64,000 nt of DNA from Candidatus Aenigmatarchaeota archaeon (GCA_963726265.1 CAVSBQ010000002.1:1024001-1088000), one strand, 5' to 3'; shown: positions 19,668-29,751, counted from the stretch's first letter. The notes: generated by a model not told the origin, from the letters alone. Program-made: numbers and translations.

Positions 19668-20486
19668 TCAGAAATATACTTCTATGCCCGCGGCGATAGC
19701 GATGAACATCGCCCCAAGGAGGATTATCTTGAGCGAGTCGAAGAATATGATCTTCAGTATTTCGGAGCTCCTGCATCTCAATATCGCCGCGGATATGAGG
19801 CTGCCCGCGAGGCCTGCGCAGAGGTAGCCCACGACCTCGGGTATGCCGTGCGGCAGGAAGGTGAGCGAGACTATGGGTATCTCGTAAACCGTCTTGGAGA
19901 GCTCGCCTATGCACACGCCCAGTATCGAGGCGTTCCAGACGATTATGAAGACCGCGCCGGCGCTGAACAGCAGAGCGAATATGAAGGCGAATATCATGAC
20001 CTCGAGGTTGTTCGAAAGGACTGCCATGAAGGACGTAAACGTCCCCTTGGTTATGCTGCCCGTTATGCTCCCCGAAACGGCGGAGCGTATGTCGAGTATC
20101 TTCACCAGCTGCACCTGGAAGAAGTCCTCGGGCAGGACGAAAGACCAGACGGCGAAGGCCGCGGTCACGCCGAGGAAGTAGAACAGGAACATCAGGATAT
20201 CCTTCTCATGGCGCCTGAAGAAGTCCTTCTGGTAATGTCGCCTGCATTCTTCTTCCTCGATTTCCTCCTCCTTGTTCACGACCACGGTGAGGAAATAGAC
20301 GGACGGGATTATGGTGAAGATGACGGCGAACATGCCGGTGAGGTTGAACGAGACGTTGGAGATGGTCACCTTGTAGAAGAGCTGCGTCGAAAGCAGGATG
20401 CCGACGGTCGAAATAAGCAGCGCCCAGATGAACGTCAGGTAAGGCGATTTGTCGACCTCCCTGAAGTCGAGGATGGATTCGAGCAT
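19668..20486 (-). CDS. SpoIIM-family membrane protein
   Basis: SNNLEV, WNASILG, LPHGIPE. Confidence 0.88.
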   Translation of the reverse strand: MLESILDFREVDKSPYLTFIWALLISTVGILLSTQLFYKVTISNVSFNLTGMFAVIFTIIPSVYFLTVVVNKEEEIEEEECRRHYQKDFFRRHEKDILMFLFYFLGVTAAFAVWSFVLPEDFFQVQLVKILDIRSAVSGSITGSITKGTFTSFMAVLSNNLEVMIFAFIFALLFSAGAVFIIVWNASILGVCIGELSKTVYEIPIVSLTFLPHGIPEVVGYLCAGLAGSLISAAILRCRSSEILKIIFFDSLKIILLGAMFIAIAAGIEVYF

Positions 20487-20586
20487 ATTAATTTATTGTC
20501 GGCGGGCTCTTTTATATCCCAGCCGGCTGGCTGCATCCCCCGGCTTTCTCAAAGTGTTTTAAGCCGGGAAGGACCAATTATAAAAC

Positions 20587-21291
20587 ATGAAGTTCGGTTC
20601 TCTGAGCCTCAAGATTCACGGCAAACCAAAGAACCCGGAAACGAATCCGGAAACCCCGGCGAAGACCGAGGGCAAGAAGAGAAAGCCCAAGAAATACGTC
20701 GAGGACATAAGGTCGGTTGCCGACATATTCAAGGAGCTGAAGGCGGAAAAAGCGAAGGAGAGGTTCGCAGTCCTGTGCGTGGGCAACGACATGAAGGGCG
20801 ACGACGGGGTGGGCTTTTACGCCGGCGACCTGCTGAGCAGGGAGCTTGGCAAGGACGCGGATTTCATGGTGCTCAGGACGTCCGTCCCGGAAAACCACGT
20901 CAGGGAGATAAGGGACTTCGTCCCCACGCTGCTCATAATAATCGACTGCGCGGACTTCGGGAAAAGGCCGGGCAGCATCAGGGTCATAAAGGAATACCAG
21001 ATAAGCGACACGTTCATCTCGACCCACACGACCCCGCTCACGCTTTTTCTGCGCCTCTACCAGGCAGACGAGCCTGTCAGGAAAGCGGTCATCCTGATAG
21101 GCATACAGAAGAAGAGCAACGAGTTCGGCCAGCCCATGAGCGCGCCGGTGAAGAAGGCCGGGAAAAGGGTCGCGGATACGATAATAACGCTATACGGTGA
21201 TGGCCTGCTGGGCATTTCGCTCGAGAAGGAGATCGCCTATCTCTCGAACCCCATCAGGAATTTCCTCAGGTTTTTCAGAAGGAAAAAATGA
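20587..21291 (+). CDS. hycI: Hydrogenase maturation endopeptidase (HycI type)
   Basis: CVGNDMKGDDGVG, VPEN, IIDCADFG, ISTHTTPL, IGIQ. Confidence 0.9.
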   Translation: MKFGSLSLKIHGKPKNPETNPETPAKTEGKKRKPKKYVEDIRSVADIFKELKAEKAKERFAVLCVGNDMKGDDGVGFYAGDLLSRELGKDADFMVLRTSVPENHVREIRDFVPTLLIIIDCADFGKRPGSIRVIKEYQISDTFISTHTTPLTLFLRLYQADEPVRKAVILIGIQKKSNEFGQPMSAPVKKAGKRVADTIITLYGDGLLGISLEKEIAYLSNPIRNFLRFFRRKK

Positions 21292-21313
21292 AGGCAGAAA
21301 ACAGAAAAATGGA

Positions 21314-21652
21314 TTATTTTTTGTGATGCTCGGCGAACTTATGCCTGTCATGCGCGGCGAGCTCGAACCTGTCCGAGTTGTTCACTGACTTCGGCTTTGT
21401 GGGGCACACGTCATGGCAGCGTCCGCAGAAGATGCACTTGCCTATGTCTATGGACCAGCTCTCCTCCACCTTGTTTATCGCTATCGCGTTGGTCGGGCAG
21501 CTTATGGCGCAGAGCATGCAGAAGGTGCACGTTTCCCTGTTCCATTCGACCTTGCCGCGGAAGCCTGGCGGAAGCAGCGGTCGCGTCTTGGGATAGCGCC
21601 TCGTCGACGGTCTCGAAAAAAGCCTTTTCACAGCCTCAGGCATCAGCTTCAT
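21314..21652 (-). CDS. 2x[4Fe-4S] subunit, NuoI/MbhN/EchF-like
   Basis: TRRYP..GFRGK, CTFCMLCAISCP, CIFCGRCHDVCP. Confidence 0.92.
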   Translation of the reverse strand: MKLMPEAVKRLFSRPSTRRYPKTRPLLPPGFRGKVEWNRETCTFCMLCAISCPTNAIAINKVEESWSIDIGKCIFCGRCHDVCPTKPKSVNNSDRFELAAHDRHKFAEHHKK

Positions 21653-21685
21653 TACATCACCACGTTTCCGATATCATTCCAGCAC

Positions 21686-22597
21686 TCAATACATTCCTAT
21701 CATCACGCGCACCAGGTCTATCAGCGCGAGCGGCGCGATCACGAACCAGTAAAGCCTCAGTGCCTGCGCGATCCTCATCCTGGCGAAAATCACCCTGAAA
21801 AGCGCGAACAGCATGAGGATTGCGAACGAGTAGACGGCGAAAGACAAGACGCCGTCCGCGCCCATGAACATGACCGCCCCGAGCGATATGAGCACCCAGA
21901 AGCTCGCCGCCCTTGCCAGCTCGAACAGCGCGAGCCTCGGCCCGCTATACTCCGTCGTGGGGCCTGCGACTATCTCCTGCTCAGCATCCGGGATGTGGAA
22001 CGGAGGAAGAGCAAGCTTGCCCAGCGCGCCGAGCATAAAGGCGGCGAAGGTGAACGGGAAGGCTAGCGCGGAAAACGGGGCTATCTGGAAACCGGTGAGC
22101 AGGCCTAGCGTGACCAGCGAGATTATGAACGGGAACTCGTAGGCGAAGAGCTGCGTCACCTCCCTTATGCTCCCGACGGATGCGAATGGGTTTCCTGCAG
22201 CGAAGCCCGAGATGGCGAAGAACGCGGACGCCGTGACGAGGAAGTATATCACCACGAACAGGCTTCCCGGGAAAGTGACGAGCTGGAAGCCGACTATCGG
22301 TATGAACATCGCGACAGTGAGCATCGCCGCGAACGACACGATGGGACAAAGGGTGGCCAGCATGCCGACCGCGTCTTTGGTCGTGATGTTCTCCTTTGAC
22401 ATGAGCTTGAAGAAGTCGAGGAACGGCTGGCGGATTGGCGGCCCCACGCGGTGATGCATGCGCGCCGCGACCTTGCGCAGCACGCCCATGTAGAAAAATC
22501 CGATTATGAAAGCCGCAGCGAAACCGGGGAATACGAGGGTCTGGAAAAGAATCTGCGCAAGCTGTCCGCTCGCGAACGTGAGCGCTTCAATGGCCAT
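21686..22597 (-). CDS. Membrane subunit, NuoH/MbhM/EchB-like
   Basis: RKVAARMHHRVGPP, QPFLDFFKLMSKE, PFHIPDAEQEIVAGPTTEYSG. Confidence 0.93.
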   Translation of the reverse strand: MAIEALTFASGQLAQILFQTLVFPGFAAAFIIGFFYMGVLRKVAARMHHRVGPPIRQPFLDFFKLMSKENITTKDAVGMLATLCPIVSFAAMLTVAMFIPIVGFQLVTFPGSLFVVIYFLVTASAFFAISGFAAGNPFASVGSIREVTQLFAYEFPFIISLVTLGLLTGFQIAPFSALAFPFTFAAFMLGALGKLALPPFHIPDAEQEIVAGPTTEYSGPRLALFELARAASFWVLISLGAVMFMGADGVLSFAVYSFAILMLFALFRVIFARMRIAQALRLYWFVIAPLALIDLVRVMIGMY

Positions 22598-23768
22598 GAT
22601 GACCTCCGCCTCTCATGTGCTGGATTTCGTGCTTTGTCATTATCCTTTCCTTGCGGGTTTTCTCGTCGACGACAGTCACCCTGTCCGTGCACGAAAGGCA
22701 CGGGTCGAGCGACGCGATTATCACAGGAACGTCCGCTATCTCATACCCCTTCAGGACGTCGTCCAGGATGTGGAAGGTCTGGTAGGTGGGCGTGCGTATC
22801 TTGACCCTGTCCGGCTTTTCACCTGCCGACTTGAGATAATAAAAGAGTTCGCCCCTCGGCGCTTCCACGCGCGAAACGGTTTCGAGGCCTTCCTTAATAT
22901 TTATCGCAGGCGGAAGTCTGAGTGTGATGTCGCCTTTCACTTTCTCCATCTGGTAAATAGAGTCGCGTATCATGCGCGAAGATTCCAGGCATTCCCTGAG
23001 GCGAAGGAGGCAGCGCTCCATGGCGTCGCCGCCCTGGCCAGTGACGGCCTTGAACTTCAGGTTTTTGTAGGCGAAGTAGCCAGTCTCCCTGACATCGTAA
23101 TCAAGCCCTGACGCGCGCAGGTTCGGGCCGACCGGGCTCAGCTCCTTCGCTTTCCGCGTGGAAAGGTAGCCGACGTGGCGGGTCCTGTTCCTGACAGAGG
23201 AGTCGTCCCTGAAGACGCCGAGATAATGCCTTATCCTTTCGTCGAGTCTGTCCAGCGCTTTCAAAGTCTTCGCGGCGTTCTCGAGGCTTATGTCCTGCCT
23301 GACGCCGCCTATCACGTTCATCACGAAGTGGACGCGGTTGCCCGTGAGCAGTTCCTGGCAGTCCATGACCAGCTCGCGGTCGCGGAACATGTAGTGAAAA
23401 AGAGTGTCGAGACCCATCTCCCACGCGACGAGGCCGAGGCAGAGCATGTGCGAGTGCAGGCGCTCGAGCTCGCCGATTATGACGCGGATATATTGCGCGC
23501 GCTCCGGGATTTCGGCTCCCATCAGGCTCTCGATGCCCTGGCAGTAGCATGACGTGTGGTAATGGCCGCAGATGCCGCACACGCGCTCGCTCAGGTAAAC
23601 TCCTTTCGCCCAAGGACGCGCTTCGAACGACTTCTCGATGCCCTTGTGGTTGTATCCCAGGACGAGCTCCGAGCCGACGATTGTTTCCCCGTCGACCCGG
23701 AGCTTTATGTGCACCGGCTCTGCGAGCGCCGGGTGCTGCGGGCCGAAAGGCAGGACGTAATCGTGCAT
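22587..23768 (-). CDS. Group 4 [NiFe]-hydrogenase large subunit (MbhL/EchE-like)
   Basis: FGPQHP, HKGIEK, L1 ERVCGIC, EAPRGE, L2 DPCLSCTDR plus a cleavable C-terminal tail. Confidence 0.94.
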   Translation of the reverse strand: MHDYVLPFGPQHPALAEPVHIKLRVDGETIVGSELVLGYNHKGIEKSFEARPWAKGVYLSERVCGICGHYHTSCYCQGIESLMGAEIPERAQYIRVIIGELERLHSHMLCLGLVAWEMGLDTLFHYMFRDRELVMDCQELLTGNRVHFVMNVIGGVRQDISLENAAKTLKALDRLDERIRHYLGVFRDDSSVRNRTRHVGYLSTRKAKELSPVGPNLRASGLDYDVRETGYFAYKNLKFKAVTGQGGDAMERCLLRLRECLESSRMIRDSIYQMEKVKGDITLRLPPAINIKEGLETVSRVEAPRGELFYYLKSAGEKPDRVKIRTPTYQTFHILDDVLKGYEIADVPVIIASLDPCLSCTDRVTVVDEKTRKERIMTKHEIQHMRGGGHHGH

Positions 23769-23798
23769 ATAATTAATTCAACGCCTGATTATAAGTAT

Positions 23799-23895
23799 TT
23801 TTTACAATTGCAAAAAAATGCGAGCAATCGTCAATTGTAAAATTGCAAATTTACAGATATGACAAATGCGAAAAATCAATTGTAAATTTACAATT
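23799..23895. promoter_or_regulatory. Palindromic operator array upstream of the hydrogenase operon
   Basis: Perfect AATTGTAAATTTACAATT at 23878-23895; near copy at 23841-23858; inverted half-sites at 23801-23810 and 23832-23841. Confidence 0.65.
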
Positions 23896-23968
23896 ATGAA
23901 AAATCAAGAAATATTAAGAAAGGTAAAAATAATAAAAAGGCTGAAAGGAAAACCGGGAATGTCCTGTC

Positions 23969-24292
23969 TCACGCCACGTTCGAGCCGACCTCAGCGTCTG
24001 GGTCGACCGTGACCAGCTTGATGTCGTCGTTCTTGACGGCAGCGAGCAGCATCCCTTCCGAGGTCACGCCTTTTATGGTCGCCGGCCTAAGGTTAGTGAC
24101 AACGATTATCTTCTTGCCCGGCAGCTTTGCCTTCTTGTAGCTGTTTTTTAGCCCCGCCACCAGCGTTATCTGCCTGCCGCCGATGTCGACCTCAAGCTTG
24201 TATAAGTTGTCAGAGCCCGCGATGTCGTCCACCCTCAATATCTCCCCGACCTTCATCTCTATCTTCTCAAAATCCTTCATCTCTATGGCCAT
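23969..24292 (-). CDS. Stand-alone tRNA-binding OB-fold protein (Trbp111/MetRS C-terminal/CsaA family)
   Basis: DFEKIEMKVGEI, LYKLEVDIG, VVTNLRPATIKGVTSEGMLLAA. Confidence 0.9.
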   Translation of the reverse strand: MAIEMKDFEKIEMKVGEILRVDDIAGSDNLYKLEVDIGGRQITLVAGLKNSYKKAKLPGKKIIVVTNLRPATIKGVTSEGMLLAAVKNDDIKLVTVDPDAEVGSNVA

Positions 24293-24341
24293 GATAATCA
24301 CCTTATAATAGGTTTTTCGGTTCCTGCTTTAAATTGTTTGT

Positions 24342-26009
24342 TCACATGCGGTATTGTTTCAGTTTCTGGCCTATTACGGCTCCGCCCAGGTTTGAGTATT
24401 TGCTTGGAACGGATACGCAGGGCACTTCCACCCAGACGCCGTTCCCCTTTACATACATCGTGGTAATCTCAGGTGAGAAGAGGGCACCGGCGTATTCGTT
24501 TTTCCAATGACCTCGCTGCGCCCATTCCCGTTCAACGGTGCTGCATTCTTTGATCGCCCCTACCGTTACCGCATGAACCGGGCGGCCGTTTTTTCCGGTT
24601 CCTATAATTCTTTCGTCAAATACATGGTTATGGCCTATCAGTGTCGCATAGAAGTCATTTTCCAGAAGCATTTCTGTTATTTCCGGCTGCTCCACGCTCG
24701 ACGGGTTTACGCCATTCCTCTTGTAATCGTCTCTGGTGAAAAGCGGACCCAGGCCGTTCTCGAAGGGATTTCCATACGAATTCCAGCCACCGAGGACGTT
24801 ATGCTGGCCGGCCATTTTAATCGGGGCTTCGCTTTTCTCGATGTCGCCTTTAAAACGCGTTTTCTGTGGTCCTCCAAGGCGGTTGTCCTGCGGCCTTAAT
24901 GTGCCTGAATTTTTTATGACATCCAGAATGTATATCTCCATCTTTCCGTTGGCAAGTGGGACAACAAAATAATTCTCTCTCTGGGGCATGAAAGAGTCAC
25001 CCATCGCCCGGCCCCAGATTTCTTCTCTTGCGCTGGTCACATAATTGTGGTAAGGATTCGATGCCATGTTCTCCCCGTCGTGGTTTCCGGAAGCATGCAC
25101 AATTGGCACAAGAGGCGTAAGCACGCCCCAGTATCTCCTGTGCCTGCCCCACAATTTTTTCGCGTTGCCAGAATAATCCTTTTCCGGAAGGACTTGGCGT
25201 TTGAATGCCCAGTCTTCAAAACCTATCTCATCGCCAAGCTGAACTATCAGATCAGGATGTTTATTCTTTACTATGTATGCCTCGGTGTTGGCAACGTTAA
25301 AGGCGTTTGTGAGAAAAGTTATACGTCTAGCCTCTTCTTTGCTAGCGTTGCTATACCATTCCGGGTTTCTTATGGCCCGCAAGAAGAAATCAACTTCATA
25401 ATCGCCTTTCAGTGCGCTTTCAGGCGAGGAGACACCTTTGCGTATGGGGTCAACCTCGTTTGGGGCATCCATGTAAACGTGCGTGTCGCTCAACCAGTGA
25501 ATAATCGGGTTTGGGTTGTATGCTGAGTTTTTGAAGGCCCGCACAGGCGAGAGCGGCTTGCCGTCGCAAAAGACCTGGTAGAAGACCCTCTCCCCGAAAT
25601 CATTCAGCGGCACCTTTATATTCAGGTTGCCTTCGACTCCGGCAAAGGTCCTAGCTTTGAGATTTGAGGGCGTTTTGCCCACGGCTATTCTTATGTCAGA
25701 CCTTTCATTTGTCCTCACGTTGATGATGGCGGACAAAGTGCTGTAATCTCCGGCTTGAGCCCTTTCGATGCTGATTTTTTCCGTAAAAATTTTCCGGTTG
25801 GATGGCGAGACATACTCTCCATTTATTCCCCATCCTTCCGTCCATTCGGTGATGTGGTCCTGGAGGTTCCATTCCCGGTCTTCGCCGCTGGTGAATGGCG
25901 TCTGTCCGAACAGATGTTCTCCGTACAGGGCGCCTAAAGCCACGGCGGCGCTTCCTTTAAGGAAATCCCTTCTTTTCATCGATGGTCCCTCACCTAACAT
26001 TTTTGCCAC
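24342..26009 (-). CDS. Metallophosphoesterase (purple acid phosphatase-like) with twin-arginine signal
   Basis: KRRDFLK; SDTH, LGDE, GNHD, QHN, GHNH; alternative start ATG 25979. Confidence 0.82.
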   Translation of the reverse strand: MAKMLGEGPSMKRRDFLKGSAAVALGALYGEHLFGQTPFTSGEDREWNLQDHITEWTEGWGINGEYVSPSNRKIFTEKISIERAQAGDYSTLSAIINVRTNERSDIRIAVGKTPSNLKARTFAGVEGNLNIKVPLNDFGERVFYQVFCDGKPLSPVRAFKNSAYNPNPIIHWLSDTHVYMDAPNEVDPIRKGVSSPESALKGDYEVDFFLRAIRNPEWYSNASKEEARRITFLTNAFNVANTEAYIVKNKHPDLIVQLGDEIGFEDWAFKRQVLPEKDYSGNAKKLWGRHRRYWGVLTPLVPIVHASGNHDGENMASNPYHNYVTSAREEIWGRAMGDSFMPQRENYFVVPLANGKMEIYILDVIKNSGTLRPQDNRLGGPQKTRFKGDIEKSEAPIKMAGQHNVLGGWNSYGNPFENGLGPLFTRDDYKRNGVNPSSVEQPEITEMLLENDFYATLIGHNHVFDERIIGTGKNGRPVHAVTVGAIKECSTVEREWAQRGHWKNEYAGALFSPEITTMYVKGNGVWVEVPCVSVPSKYSNLGGAVIGQKLKQYRM

Positions 26010-26163
26010 TTTATTATTACTTTGAAAACAGCCTTTTTAAAGGTAATATTGGCCATACGAGGCTGCGGAAAGGCTGAGACGCCTTGGATAAAAAGCCGCA
26101 TGAAAAGCCATTTACAAGCCATTCACAAAACCATTTATTAAGCCCCTGCCGACAATTATAATT

Positions 26164-28065
26164 ATGAAGGGCGGGGCGTTTGTTTTAACATTATTATTAT
26201 CAGCCATCTCGGCTGCTTTGCTGCTGAACGCCGGCCTCGCGGCTGCGATTCCCGATGTCATGATACTGCCGGACGAGAAAATCGTGTCGCTCAACTCGTC
26301 CGTACTCATCAAGGTAGATCCTAAGACCAGCGAAGCGCCCATGCGCATCACGTGGTCCGTTTACAACACGGGCAACATAGGCATGGGCTCCTTCCCCATG
26401 GTCGATGGCAAGGGCTTGTGCTATTTTTCGAATTCGGACGGCAACGCGACATGCGGGCCGTCTCCGTTCTTCCAGACGGGCGAGACCGAGCTTTACGTTT
26501 TCGTCGTTACTCCCTCCGGCGCATCGAACAGGACGCTCTACCTCAACGTTTCCCAGGTTTCGGTCCCGCTTGACGGCGTCAACAGGGTCGACAACACGGT
26601 CTACATGTACTTGTTCATGGGCAAGAAGGACTGGGTCAAATACAGCATATACAAGGAGGACCTCAGCATATACCAGAGCGAGAGGCCCCTCGACTACGAA
26701 ATGATCCAGGGTCGCTACGCTGGCAACATAACGCTCAACCCCGGCGTCTATTATTTCGCCTTCATAGTCAACGACACCGGAACGTATGGAAGCGCACTCA
26801 AGAGGATAGAAATCCCGTCGGGCGATTACCTCACGCTGAAGACGGACAAGGCCGACTACTGGAAGGGCGAGAGGGTCAGGCTCAGCGGGACGGCCAGCGG
26901 GAACCTGGTTTCCGGCGAGGTGCGCTATCCCGACGGCACGAAGGCCCTGAGCTTCAGCGTCGACGCCGCGGCGAATCACACGTTCTCCTATGATTTTTAT
27001 TCGAAAAGCGACTGGCCCGAGGGCGAATACGACATAGTGACCACGAAGCCGCTCGAAAAGACCATAAGCTTTTCCATAACCGAGTTCCTCGAGCTCCTGC
27101 CGGAGGCGGTATCGGCGAGCGTGAACAAGTCCAAGGACTTCTCGACGTCGATACGCGTCAAGAACCTGAGGTCCAACGCGACCAACATCACTTTCACGAC
27201 GTCAGGCGGCATGAAGGACCAGTATGTCACGATTTCCGATGCGTCTCTCGGACCGCAGGAGACGACGAACATTGCAATAGAAATCCCGGACGTCGCGTCT
27301 GACCTGAATGGCCAGATAACGCTGAAGACGAGCGAGAGCCTGGAGCTGGTCATACCGGTTTCGCTGACAGTATCCGTGGCAGGCCAGACTTGCGCGGCGG
27401 CGAAGGCGCTCGAAATCGCCGACAGCTCGCTTGTTTGGTCGCAGGAATGCATCGCAGGCGCGGAGATGACGAAGACCGTGAAGCTATCCAACAACGGCGC
27501 GAGCCAGCTTTCCAGCTTCTCCTACGAGGTCGACGATGCGTATACAGGCAGCTTCGAGGACCTGGACAGGATGGGCTATCTTGACGTTCCGCTTAGCGGC
27601 ATGTCAATCGCGCCTGGCGAGTCGAAGGAAATAGAGCTCAAGGCCTCGCCACAGAGCGGGGGCAGATACCAGGGCACCATAAAGTTCAAGAGCGGAGGCG
27701 ACAGCGCGCTCATGTTCGTATCTTTCAGCTGCTTTGAAGATTTCTCCTCCGGCCTCACGGCGCTCGCTTCCAAGGCCGCGGGGCTGAAGGTTTCCGCGGA
27801 CGCGCTGGAAGACATAAACTCCGAAATCTCGAGCGCGCAGAACGCGGCCGCGCTGGGCAACTACGAGCAGGCGAACGAGTATTACCTGAGCGCGAAGGCG
27901 AAGGTCGAGATGGCCGAGTCAGGCGGAGCGCAGCAACCGCTTGACCTCACCATTCCCATAATCATCATCGTCGTCGTGGTCGTCGCAGTAGTCTTCCTGT
28001 GGTTCTTCAAGTTCAGGAAGCCCGGCGTCGCCGGGGACGAGAAAGAACTCGAGAGCTTCGGGTGA
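26164..28065 (+). CDS. Cell-surface protein with Ig-like domains and C-terminal TM anchor
   Basis: Signal peptide, beta-rich repeats (VKNLRS, LSNNG), IPIIIIVVVVVAVVFLWFF-KFRK. Confidence 0.82.
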   Translation: MKGGAFVLTLLLSAISAALLLNAGLAAAIPDVMILPDEKIVSLNSSVLIKVDPKTSEAPMRITWSVYNTGNIGMGSFPMVDGKGLCYFSNSDGNATCGPSPFFQTGETELYVFVVTPSGASNRTLYLNVSQVSVPLDGVNRVDNTVYMYLFMGKKDWVKYSIYKEDLSIYQSERPLDYEMIQGRYAGNITLNPGVYYFAFIVNDTGTYGSALKRIEIPSGDYLTLKTDKADYWKGERVRLSGTASGNLVSGEVRYPDGTKALSFSVDAAANHTFSYDFYSKSDWPEGEYDIVTTKPLEKTISFSITEFLELLPEAVSASVNKSKDFSTSIRVKNLRSNATNITFTTSGGMKDQYVTISDASLGPQETTNIAIEIPDVASDLNGQITLKTSESLELVIPVSLTVSVAGQTCAAAKALEIADSSLVWSQECIAGAEMTKTVKLSNNGASQLSSFSYEVDDAYTGSFEDLDRMGYLDVPLSGMSIAPGESKEIELKASPQSGGRYQGTIKFKSGGDSALMFVSFSCFEDFSSGLTALASKAAGLKVSADALEDINSEISSAQNAAALGNYEQANEYYLSAKAKVEMAESGGAQQPLDLTIPIIIIVVVVVAVVFLWFFKFRKPGVAGDEKELESFG

Positions 28066-28121
28066 CTTCTTATTTTTTCAAGATTGAATTACTTTTGAAT
28101 TAGCTGCCAAAGGCTATTTAC

Positions 28122-29663
28122 TTACTTCCCGAAGAAGCGCCTCAGCGCAGGATGCATGTCCTCCATGTGCTGCATGGCTATCTGCTCGTAGAGCTGGTGG
28201 ACGATCATGACGGCCAGGAGGATGCCCGTTCCGGTTCCGAGCGCGTCGGTGAAATCCGCGAAAGCCGCCAGGAAGCCGACCGACGCTCCGCCGAGGACTG
28301 CGAGCGCGGGTATGTAACGGTCCAGGACTTTTTCTATGATCCTGATGTCGCGCCTGAAACCAGGGATTTGCATGCCCGTGGATTCTATCTGGGCCGCGAC
28401 CGTCTTGGAGTCCATGCCCGCGGTGCTGACCCAGAAAATCGAGAACATCACCGAGCCGCCTATCATGAAGGCCGCGTAGGTGAAAAGCCTCGCGACTTCG
28501 ATGGGCGTGATGGTGGCAAGCGAGGTGAGGCCCGTTGCGGAGATGCCTAAATACCATACGAGCCCGCCTGCGACTCCCGCCGCCAGCACGTATTTCAGCC
28601 CGCCCTGCTTCTTGGTGAAGTAGACGAACAGCGCGCCGAGCAGGGCGAAGAGCCCGATGGAAATCATCATACCGGATATCGCGGTCGTCCTGGGGTGGCT
28701 GAGGAATAATATCAGGCCGCCCGTCGGGTTGCCGCTCCCGTCGAAAGTGCCGAGCCACGCGTTCCCTCCGCTTTGCGAAATCATCTTGGCGAACACCTGC
28801 ACGTTGGCGAGCAGCGCCGCGATGAGGATGACGGGGATGTTGGACGAATAAAGGAACTTCAGCGGCCAGCGCCTGCCGAAGCCGCGCACGGTCGAGAAGG
28901 CGAGCGGTATTTCGACGCGAATCGCCTGGACATAAACAACCAGCAGGAAAACTATTACCGTGGCTATTACGGGCAGCATGACCAGGAACGCCGCGAGCGG
29001 CTCGCCCGAGCCGAGCAGGATGCCGGCGTTCGGTATCGCCCCGGCCGGCGGGTTCTGTATGCCCGTCGAAATCATGCCGTCCGATGTGAGCGGGTTGAAG
29101 GCTCTCAGGATCATGGTCTTCGCTACGCCTGCGACTATGAAAAGGCTTATGCCCGAGCCGAAGCCCCATTTCGAAACAACCTCGTCCATGAACAGGACTA
29201 TCCATCCGCCAAGCGCCAGCTGGAAGACGACGAAGGGCAGCATGCCCACATCGGCTGCGATTGCGCCGAAAGCGACGTAAACATAACCTTCCAGCAGACA
29301 AAGCAGTATCGAAAGCAGCTTCTGCGTCCCCTGGAACAGCGTGCGGCCCTTGTCCTCGGACAGGTTCCATGGTATTATCTTCGAGCCGACGAGCAGCTGG
29401 AGGATAATCGAGGCCGTGACTATGGGCCCGATGCCTAAAGTGACGAGGGAGCCGAAGGTCGATCCCAGCAGGATTTCGAGGTATTTGAAATACTCGTAAT
29501 TCGTCTGCGAGATGCCGTAGACGGTTACCTGCGTCATCACGTAATAGATGAGCAGCACGATGCCCGTCCACTTGAGCTTCTCCTTGAAGGTCTGCCTCTT
29601 TATCGGTTCGATAACGCCAGGCAGCCTCTTCAGCACTGCGATATACGCATCCTCAAGAGCCAT
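28122..29663 (-). CDS. secY: Protein translocase subunit SecY
   Basis: KEKLKWT, LGIGPIVTASII, KWGFGSGISLFI, PLKFLYSSNIP, QIPGFR, GTGILL. Confidence 0.97.
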   Translation of the reverse strand: MALEDAYIAVLKRLPGVIEPIKRQTFKEKLKWTGIVLLIYYVMTQVTVYGISQTNYEYFKYLEILLGSTFGSLVTLGIGPIVTASIILQLLVGSKIIPWNLSEDKGRTLFQGTQKLLSILLCLLEGYVYVAFGAIAADVGMLPFVVFQLALGGWIVLFMDEVVSKWGFGSGISLFIVAGVAKTMILRAFNPLTSDGMISTGIQNPPAGAIPNAGILLGSGEPLAAFLVMLPVIATVIVFLLVVYVQAIRVEIPLAFSTVRGFGRRWPLKFLYSSNIPVILIAALLANVQVFAKMISQSGGNAWLGTFDGSGNPTGGLILFLSHPRTTAISGMMISIGLFALLGALFVYFTKKQGGLKYVLAAGVAGGLVWYLGISATGLTSLATITPIEVARLFTYAAFMIGGSVMFSIFWVSTAGMDSKTVAAQIESTGMQIPGFRRDIRIIEKVLDRYIPALAVLGGASVGFLAAFADFTDALGTGTGILLAVMIVHQLYEQIAMQHMEDMHPALRRFFGK

Positions 29664-29751
29664 GCAAAAACCTTTGTTGATTTTGTTAAATTGTTAAATA
29701 TATTTATAAGGTTTGCTAAAATAGATTTTGTCGTTATTTATTGCGTGAGCT

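Noticed and set aside
19848..21200. 450-aa plus-strand ORF
   Set aside because: Shadow and alternative frame over spoIIM and hycI.
22587..23768. Complex I NuoD, Mbx-type subunit or selenocysteine hydrogenase
   Set aside because: All four Ni-binding Cys and a protease tail are present; there is no in-frame TGA.
28114..29571. 485-aa Arg-rich minus-strand ORF
   Set aside because: Alternative frame of secY.
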